Assembly (NCBI GenBank): GCA_008080745.1
Contig: SHMX01000003.1
Span: 510,001 to 542,000, forward strand
Direction: 5' to 3'
Origin: Candidatus Thorarchaeota archaeon
Lineage (GTDB): Archaea; Asgardarchaeota; Thorarchaeia; Thorarchaeales; Thorarchaeaceae
Length of the DNA stretch: 32,000 nucleotides
Positions within the stretch are counted from its first letter, which is position 1. Each line of letters starts with the position of its first letter. Under the pieces are notes generated by a model, which was not told where the DNA came from, did no database searches, and was given only the letters and a program-made list of their open reading frames with translations. Of this stretch, positions 25,847 through 32,000 are shown in pieces. The position numbers and the translations under genes are program-made.

Positions 25847-26296
25847 CTATGAATATAGAGAGCAAAAATACTTGAAGTCCAAATATTCCCGAGTGGTAGC
25901 ATTAACGAACTCTTCATAGAAAACAGTATCTCTACAGGTGAGAACCATTCCTGTGTCAGCTACGATATATCTGAATGGTAATGGTGCCTCATTGAGTACC
26001 TGAATGTCTATAGGAAGCCTAACTTTTCCTTCCAGTTCCGCAGCAAATTTTATTGTATAATCGAATATATCCTGGTTAGTTGGTCTATTCAGATAGATTG
26101 CAATATCAATATCTCTGAAATCAGAATCGGTCTGAAAGCTACCATGGAGAATTGAAAAAATGATTTCATTTCGTTCTTCAATGAGAAGTTTGAGGTCATC
26201 AATTAAGCTATCTTTTTCTTCTGAATTTAGATTATGATACTCAAAATCAACAGATATTGGGTTTTGTATCTTTGATTCTGATTTTTTTGGTTTCAT
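25847..26296 (-). CDS. mntA: Minimal nucleotidyltransferase (MNT) antitoxin
   Basis: ILHGSFQTDSDFRDIDIAIYL (GS..DxD), IDIQVLNEAP. ATG 26296 (track start TTG 26302). AT-rich. Confidence 0.85.
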   Translation of the reverse strand: MKPKKSESKIQNPISVDFEYHNLNSEEKDSLIDDLKLLIEERNEIIFSILHGSFQTDSDFRDIDIAIYLNRPTNQDIFDYTIKFAAELEGKVRLPIDIQVLNEAPLPFRYIVADTGMVLTCRDTVFYEEFVNATTREYLDFKYFCSLYS

Positions 26297-26302
26297 ATAC
26301 AA

Positions 26303-26728
26303 TCACTCCACCCAAATAAATTCAATAATGTGCTCAATATAAGCGCGAAAGTCACTTATTCCGTCTTTTGTCGAGTTATAAACCAAAGTATCATCAATAG
26401 TCCAATATCTATGTACTAAGACATTTCTTAGTCGTCCCGCTGATGCTAGTTTTTGTCCTAAATCCTCTGGGAAAATACCTTTTTTTGACAATCGTACAAA
26501 ACAATCAGGATATCCAGTGGGTTTTTCTCGGAAACACTTCTTCATGAGATGTATACATATCCCAGCAGAAGATTCAACTAGTTGAATTAACAAATATCTC
26601 AATGCATAAAGACTAGTTTGAGTTTGTTCTGCGAATTCTTTTTCAAGAATCTTTTCTATTTCATCAATCGAATCGTTGATGTTTCTTATTCTAGATTCAA
26701 TGACATCAATCTCAATCTGGTCTTTCAT
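26303..26728 (-). CDS. hepT: HEPN (DUF86/HepT-like) ribonuclease toxin
   Basis: GRLRNVLVHRYW (RX4HXY). Likely start MKDQIEID at 26728; lies directly upstream of MNT. Confidence 0.87.
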   Translation of the reverse strand: MKDQIEIDVIESRIRNINDSIDEIEKILEKEFAEQTQTSLYALRYLLIQLVESSAGICIHLMKKCFREKPTGYPDCFVRLSKKGIFPEDLGQKLASAGRLRNVLVHRYWTIDDTLVYNSTKDGISDFRAYIEHIIEFIWVE

Positions 26729-26852
26729 TTGATAGGAATATGTTTCGTTATGCAATAAATCTGATGTTGTTATGATGTCAGGTCTACCACAAATATGTGA
26801 GAGAAAATTTTGCATAATGATTAAGAACTTTGACACAGAATGAACAATAACG

Positions 26853-27161
26853 ATGAGATCAGGAACTTGTCCAAAATGTGGTAGTGGAAAGATTGCAGGA
26901 CCTCATGGTACATTGACAGGTGAAGGCCGACTGAAATTAGATCTTCCAGGAGTCTATACCACAACGCTGGTAGCACTAACATGCATAAATTGCGGATACA
27001 CCGAATTTTACGCAGATGAAAAAGGTCTACAAAATCTCAGAAGAGATGGTAGAATGTATAGCACGGATACTAGAGGAACACCTGATATGTGCGCTCGATG
27101 TGGCACAAGATTATCACCTGGGTCCGATATCTGTAGTGAATGTGGAAACGTAATTGATTGA
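26853..27161 (+). CDS. Double zinc-ribbon protein
   Basis: CPKCG...CINCGYTEFY plus CARCG...CSECG. Confidence 0.8.
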   Translation: MRSGTCPKCGSGKIAGPHGTLTGEGRLKLDLPGVYTTTLVALTCINCGYTEFYADEKGLQNLRRDGRMYSTDTRGTPDMCARCGTRLSPGSDICSECGNVID

Positions 27162-27215
27162 GTATAGGTTGGAAAGAGAACAGGGAGACAACGAGGTCTC
27201 CTGTCCTTTCTATTC

Positions 27216-27416
27216 CTATTGTTTCAATACAGCGGCAAAACTGCCTTTTGGTTGATTCTTACCAAGTTCAGCAAGAGGATAGACCATTCCGCATCCATCA
27301 CACTTGATGGCACTATAGACAATGGATTGTCCCATAACACGCAGCTCGTGAAGGACCATCTTCCATTTATCGCCATTACATTGTTCACAAGTCAGTTCCA
27401 TAGTTATTCTCTCCAA
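27216..27416 (-). CDS. Small zinc-ribbon protein
   Basis: CEQC...CDGCG. Convergent with the previous gene across a GGAGAC/GTCTCC hairpin (27184-27201). Confidence 0.7.
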   Translation of the reverse strand: MERITMELTCEQCNGDKWKMVLHELRVMGQSIVYSAIKCDGCGMVYPLAELGKNQPKGSFAAVLKQ

Positions 27417-27498
27417 CCATCAAAGCCGCATGAAATATGATATAGCTTTGGGCAGAAGTTGTAGGAGCTTATATTGTGCAAGCCTCACAAAAATGTGG

Positions 27499-27673
27499 CA
27501 CAGAAGCATTCTGTGATCATCAATCGAATACATGGAGTTTCGCTTTCCTCTAGCCACTTTTGCCTATACGAAACTCCCCCGTCGGTGACGAGTTGCCTCC
27601 CTCCCCTGGTCACCGGCGGCCATCTCCAAAAAATACTAAGGAGGAAATGTACTATTCTGGCCCTGCAGAATGA
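27499..27673. promoter_or_regulatory. Multi-hairpin structured region with a candidate 8-aa uORF upstream of lplA
   Basis: Stems CACAGAA/TTCTGTG, GGAGTTTCG/CGAAACTCC and CCGTCGGTGAC/GTCACCGGCGG; ATG-TAC-TAT-TCT-GGC-CCT-GCA-GAA-TGA at 27647-27673. Confidence 0.4.
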
Positions 27674-27682
27674 GGTGCACAG

Positions 27683-28483
27683 ATGACCTGGCGATTGGTG
27701 GAAAAATCAGGCGACGACATATTCGAGAATCTTGCCATCGAAGAGGCTATTGTCAGGTTGTGTGCTGAGAGCGATGACAAAATCAATACACTCCGGTTTT
27801 GGCGTGCCCCAAGAGCAGTTGTGTTGGGAAGATTCCAATGCCTCCATGAAGAGGTCAACATCGATTACTGTCTTAGAAGTAACATAGATATCGCTCGGCG
27901 GTTTACGGGTGGGGGTACAGTCTATCACGATATGGGAAATCTCAACTTTGCAGTCTGTATGGACCAGAGTGAACACTATGTGTCACGAACTCTTCAGGAG
28001 CTCTATTGGAATGTCATTGGAGCAATTACTCGTAAGTTGCAAGAGATTGGAATACCTGCAACGTTCGACTCTCAAAGAAACTGTATCAGGCTACATGGAA
28101 AGAAAATCACAGGGACTGCTGGATGGCTCAAGCAGGGCGTGTCCTTCATTCATGGAACTCTCCTAATTGATGCGGATTTAAAAACTCTGAAGACATGTCT
28201 GACCGTTCCACCAGACCAACCAAGATATCTCAGAGACAAGACCAGGGTACGGTGTAAGGGCAGTGCAAGGGATCGAGTCACCATCATTCGAGATGAAGTA
28301 GGAGAAAAACCTGATGATGATCAGATTACACGCGCTATCGTTCATGCGATTGAAGAGTTGTCCGAACAAAGGGTGGTAGAGGGTTCACTCACCAAAGAAG
28401 AAACAGAGCGGGCCAAGGACTTACTAGCGATTCGATATAGTAACCCCGAGTGGAATCGAGGTACTAGAGTGGATGATATCTGA
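27683..28483 (+). CDS. lplA: Lipoate-protein ligase A, catalytic domain only
   Basis: LRFWR...VVLGRFQ, RRFTGGGTVYHD, GKKITGTA, HGTLL; GAGGTG SD. Lacks the C-terminal accessory domain. Confidence 0.88.
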   Translation: MTWRLVEKSGDDIFENLAIEEAIVRLCAESDDKINTLRFWRAPRAVVLGRFQCLHEEVNIDYCLRSNIDIARRFTGGGTVYHDMGNLNFAVCMDQSEHYVSRTLQELYWNVIGAITRKLQEIGIPATFDSQRNCIRLHGKKITGTAGWLKQGVSFIHGTLLIDADLKTLKTCLTVPPDQPRYLRDKTRVRCKGSARDRVTIIRDEVGEKPDDDQITRAIVHAIEELSEQRVVEGSLTKEETERAKDLLAIRYSNPEWNRGTRVDDI

Positions 28484-28575
28484 GTTTTACACGAATGGTG
28501 ATACCGCGCAGTCTTTATATCCTAAAAAGTGGGCGTGCACCATAGACGGGAACTAAACCCATAACAAAGATTGGA

Positions 28576-28935
28576 ATGATACCCATGCCTGAAGATGTTG
28601 ATGATATTCTAAAGAGTTTCCAGAGGCACTTTGGTGCACTCAATAGAGATATTCCGGAGACCCGAAACGCGTTTTCTGACCTACTTAAGACCGTACATAA
28701 AGACGGTGCGCTCCCAGCCAAGTTCAAAGAGATAATCTGTGTTGTCGCGTCGATACTAGCTCCCTGCGAGTCCTGTATGGTATACCACACTAAACAGGCA
28801 CTACAAGCAGGTGCTACTCGTGACGAGATCATGGAGGCTTGTGCAGTGGCTATTGTGATGGGCGGCGGACCGGCTGCATCACATATTGCAACTGTCCAAG
28901 ATTGCCTGAACAAATGGGCTCCTAGGAAGAAGTAA
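28576..28935 (+). CDS. Carboxymuconolactone decarboxylase / AhpD-like protein
   Basis: GALPAKFKEII...CESCMVYH...AGATRDEIMEA...MGGGPA. Confidence 0.88.
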   Translation: MIPMPEDVDDILKSFQRHFGALNRDIPETRNAFSDLLKTVHKDGALPAKFKEIICVVASILAPCESCMVYHTKQALQAGATRDEIMEACAVAIVMGGGPAASHIATVQDCLNKWAPRKK

Positions 28936-29269
28936 AATCACGAACACATAGAAATTTCACAGGCTCAGAGCTCAGATTTCTAAACTGGTGCGGTTCGTTC
29001 CCAGCGATATGAATCACATCCCCTGAGCTCAGAGTCAGCTCCTTTTCTCCTACCGTCACTGTGACTTCACCACGCATAATGTATACACCATGTTCATGAG
29101 GATGTATATCGTAGGAAGTATGTCCACCTGGAAGCATGATGTAAGTTCGCATGGCAAAACGTTGTGAGGAATTGTCTGGATTGATGAGACGCCTACGTAA
29201 AACGCCCTTGACACCATCTGCGTCATAGGATTCGTAGGCATCATCGTCTACATCTTGTGTGAGAAACAT
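28922..29269 (-). CDS. Cupin domain protein
   Basis: HPHEHGVYIMRG...GDVIHIAGNEPHQFRN; 14-nt convergent overlap with the AhpD-like gene. Confidence 0.85.
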   Translation of the reverse strand: MFLTQDVDDDAYESYDADGVKGVLRRRLINPDNSSQRFAMRTYIMLPGGHTSYDIHPHEHGVYIMRGEVTVTVGEKELTLSSGDVIHIAGNEPHQFRNLSSEPVKFLCVRDFTSS

Positions 29270-29283
29270 CGTGCATCAAATAC

Positions 29284-30333
29284 CTATTCGAACCGTGTGA
29301 AGAGTACTTTGATCGCTCTCTGTTGTTCCATCAATTCAAAGCCCTTCTCCCACTCATCGAGAGAGAGCCGGTGAGTTATCAGGGGTTCAAGATTCAGTTT
29401 ACCCGAACCCATGAGCCGAAGAGTTGTGGCCCACGATGATGGTAGTGTACCCCATGTCCCAGTCATTGTCAACTCTTTCTCAATCATCAGGTCCAGATTG
29501 AGCTCGGTTGGTTTTCCTTGCACACCAAGCAAGGCCACGTGACCTGCAACTTTGACAAAATCAAGAGCCTGTCTCCTTGCTGGCCCAGCACCAGATGCCT
29601 CTATGACTACATCAGCTCCAAGACCGTCGGTCTCGTCCTTGACCGTCTGAACAGGGTCGCTGTCTTTCTGGATGTCAATGGTCAGATCCGCACCGGTCTT
29701 CATCGCAATGTCCATTCTCCATTGATCCGAACTCATGCCAGTAACTACGACCTTCCCAGCCCCCATCGCCTTTGCCACTTGTACAGACAATAGACCCATT
29801 GGACCAGGACCCTGTATCACCACTACATCTCCAACAGTAATGGGACTCATCTCTACGACTCCATGAACAACACATGCCGTAGGTTCAGCAAGGGCAGCCT
29901 CATCCATAGGTACATCTTCTGGAACTTGATGAATGATATATTCAGGTGCGGTCAAGAATTTAGCAAATCCGCCGTTTGCAAGAGAGACACCCAGAATTCG
30001 CTTGTTCTTTGCAGTACAACGGTTCATGTGGCCAGTCTTACATTGATAGCATTGTCCACAATAAGCAGTAGCCGGAGAGACCACACGGTCACCCACTTGT
30101 ACCTCAGATACATCAGAACCAGTCTCGATCACTACGCCAGAATATTCGTGTCCCAACACAACGGGAGGTGTATAAAATGAGTGGTCCTGTTTGATGTGCA
30201 GATCAGTTCCGCAGATTCCAGCAGCCTTGACCTCGATAAGTACCTCATTTCGGCCCGGTCGCGGCTCCTCTACTTCCCTGAGCTCGATGTTCCCAGCGCC
30301 GCGTTTGGTTTTTACTAGTCCCTTCAACAGCAA
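29284..30333 (-). CDS. Zinc-dependent MDR alcohol/polyol dehydrogenase (sorbitol/threonine DH-like)
   Basis: GICGTDLH, LGHEYSG, CGQCYQC...C, EPTAC, GPGPMG. Confidence 0.92.
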   Translation of the reverse strand: MLLKGLVKTKRGAGNIELREVEEPRPGRNEVLIEVKAAGICGTDLHIKQDHSFYTPPVVLGHEYSGVVIETGSDVSEVQVGDRVVSPATAYCGQCYQCKTGHMNRCTAKNKRILGVSLANGGFAKFLTAPEYIIHQVPEDVPMDEAALAEPTACVVHGVVEMSPITVGDVVVIQGPGPMGLLSVQVAKAMGAGKVVVTGMSSDQWRMDIAMKTGADLTIDIQKDSDPVQTVKDETDGLGADVVIEASGAGPARRQALDFVKVAGHVALLGVQGKPTELNLDLMIEKELTMTGTWGTLPSSWATTLRLMGSGKLNLEPLITHRLSLDEWEKGFELMEQQRAIKVLFTRFE

Positions 30334-30383
30334 GACCTCTATTGGCGTCGCTGTTACAGAGCTTATAGAATCTTGTGGCTAGT

Positions 30384-30665
30384 CTATGTTGTTTCATTCT
30401 GCAGAGAGTTTAGAAAGTTCTGATCCTCACTACCCTCATCAAGAGAATGGACACGGAAATGCAATCCGTGTTGAGCACGAATCTTCTGTGCGGTTCTAGC
30501 CCCAACGAATCGTTTTCTTACTCCAGCACTACTACCCAACCAGAGATAGACGCTTCTAGAGTCCTCATCGACAACACAGTATACATTGTCAGAATTCAAG
30601 GTCTCTTGCCGAACATCCACCTCGACGGTTGTTCCGTCTTCCTTCATAATATATCCCTGAGCCAT
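30384..30665 (-). CDS. Single-domain gelsolin-like protein (Asgard ProGel-like)
   Basis: 93 aa from ATG 30665: LNSDNVYCVVDEDSRSVYLWLGSSAGVRKRFVGARTAQKIR...VHSLDEGSEDQNF, matching the gelsolin-repeat pattern. AAGGTG SD upstream. Confidence 0.82.
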   Translation of the reverse strand: MAQGYIMKEDGTTVEVDVRQETLNSDNVYCVVDEDSRSVYLWLGSSAGVRKRFVGARTAQKIRAQHGLHFRVHSLDEGSEDQNFLNSLQNETT

Positions 30666-30724
30666 GATTTTCTCACACCTTACTTCACTATATACGTTAA
30701 TACTCTTACAGTAATATACGCCAC

Positions 30725-31105
30725 TTAGACCGACTCGAATTTTGCACGAACTGTGGAACCACAATAATTGCATCTTGCTTCAAGAGGACCTGTCCAATCG
30801 ATGTCCTCCTGGGAGAGGGATGCATTGCACGATGGACATTTCTCAGGTAGACGAACCGTCCTGTAACTGGAACCATCACTTCGTGTACCCTGACGATATT
30901 GGTCTGGAATCGCAAAGGATGGAGCCCTCAGGGTGAAACTTCCTACAGCCTGAGAACCAGACTGGCATACCTTGATGAACACAATAGCAAAAATCACAAT
31001 GACAAAAATCGGAATGATGATGAAGAATATCGACATGAATCCAAAAATCGAGTCGAACATGTTGAATGGATCAAACATATCAAATTGCACGGCAGGTGTC
31101 CTCAT
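30725..31105 (-). CDS. Single-pass membrane protein with a C-terminal zinc ribbon
   Basis: TM IFGFMSIFFIIIPIFVIVIFAIVFIKV, then CPSCNA...CNYCGS. Start at ATG 31105 or GTG 31090; track ORF starts at 31240. Confidence 0.75.
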   Translation of the reverse strand: MRTPAVQFDMFDPFNMFDSIFGFMSIFFIIIPIFVIVIFAIVFIKVCQSGSQAVGSFTLRAPSFAIPDQYRQGTRSDGSSYRTVRLPEKCPSCNASLSQEDIDWTGPLEARCNYCGSTVRAKFESV

Positions 31106-31259
31106 CCCCTGTTTATCCCAAGGGCTTATTATCTTTGTCGAATTGCCATTTTGTTTTGATACTTCTAGTATTGAGGCTGAAAGATTCGTACTTGAAATTC
31201 TAATTACTAGTCTAACTAAAACCTCTCTGGAAGATATCATTAGACGGACTCAAGAACTC

Positions 31260-32000
31260 CTTTCAACCCTGCTTCTAGTCTGATTGAAACACTGTCCTAC
31301 TTTTCTAGGCATCTACATGACAGAACCTTTCAACCCTACTTCTAGTCTGACTGAAACCTGCATAGTGCTGTTGTTGCAGAAGACCCATTAAGCCTTTCAA
31401 CCCTACTTCTAGTCTGACTGAAACCACCAATGAGAATGAGGACTCTGAGAATTCCTACCGAGCTTTCAACCCTACTTCTAGTCTGACTGAAACCATCAAT
31501 GACAGATACAGAACCCCTCCTCGACCTACTCTTTCAACCCTACTTCTAGTCTGACTGAAACCTATAAGAACTGGCTTTTGCATCAACAAATAGACAAACT
31601 TTCAACCCTACTTCTAGTCTGACTGAAACTTGACCCAGAAAATGAGAAAGTCTTCAATGAGTTGACTTTCAACCCTACTTCTAGTCTGACTGAAACTGTG
31701 ACGTCCCGAACAGACCTCTTCGAGCTCTTCGAAGCTTTCAACCCTACTTCTAGTCTGACTGAAACCTTTTTTTTCAATCTCATTTTCGATTTAAATTATA
31801 TAATCTTTCAACCCTACTTCTAGTCTGACTGAAACATCCACCGCACCATCTATTTCGAGTTTTACAAAAGTCTTTCAACCCTACTTCTAGTCTGATTGTA
31901 ACTCGGGTTTCGTTCCGAACTTCGGATTTACCACGTAATTCTTACTTTCAACCCTACTACTAGTCTGATTGTAACCTGTTAGTGCCATACATTTCATTTA
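31260..32000 (-). CRISPR. CRISPR array, 31-bp repeat CTTTCAACCCTACTTCTAGTCTGACTGAAAC (+ strand consensus); 11 repeats, 10 full spacers, truncated by the window edge
   Basis: Repeats start at 31260, 31327, 31394, 31463, 31531, 31599, 31666, 31735, 31805, 31872 and 31945. Spacers are 36,36,38,37,37,36,38,39,36,42 nt and all unique. The minus-strand repeat ends GTTGAAAG, like archaeal crRNA 5' handles, so minus-strand transcription is inferred. No cas genes in the window. Confidence 0.97.

Noticed and set aside
26729-26836. N-terminal extension of the HEPN ORF
   Set aside because: It spans the divergent promoter region; HEPN/DUF86 proteins are about 140 aa, matching the start at 26728.
27534-27627. 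tRNA, 5S, RNase P or fluoride-riboswitch-like snippets (GGAG..CTCCA, GGCGGCCAT, GAGGAAAG, GGAGATGGC)
   Set aside because: Only 8-9 nt motifs match; the downstream consensus and required arms are absent.
31583-31783. 66-aa minus-strand ORF with repeated VSVRLEVGLK
   Set aside because: It is simply the translation of CRISPR repeats.

Overview
Chromosomal archaeal DNA, most likely an Asgard archaeon of Thorarchaeia type. This is inferred from a single-domain gelsolin, several roadblock/longin proteins beside a small GTPase, fwd genes and an Ig-repeat surface SBP; no rRNA or tRNA marker is present. Left to right: the 3' end of an LLM oxidoreductase; a membrane-anchored M28 peptidase with Ca-binding DxDxDG repeats; an MFS transporter; a BPL-N/GATase-like surface protein lacking its nucleophile; an MglA/CvnD-like GTPase operon with three roadblock genes; a B12 acyl-CoA mutase large subunit with the Phe/Gln isobutyryl-CoA mutase signature; an AT-rich C39-like peptidase + tandem winged-helix cassette between the mutase and cobO; cobO + iron-sulfur flavoprotein; a longin-roadblock fusion; a wHTH regulator and a long bactofilin-like beta-helix protein; a methyltransferase; fwdDBA without fwdC; a circularly permuted family-5 SBP with four Ig-like repeats; E1alpha-E1beta-E2 without E3; a HEPN-MNT pair; small Zn-ribbon genes; lplA behind a structured leader; AhpD-like, cupin and Zn-ADH genes; a ProGel-like gelsolin; and a CRISPR array (11 repeats visible, eroded left end, repeat-variant switch) running off the right edge with no cas genes in the window. 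Two micro-ORFs missing from the ORF track were found by hand. All family calls come from motif reading only; no searches were run.
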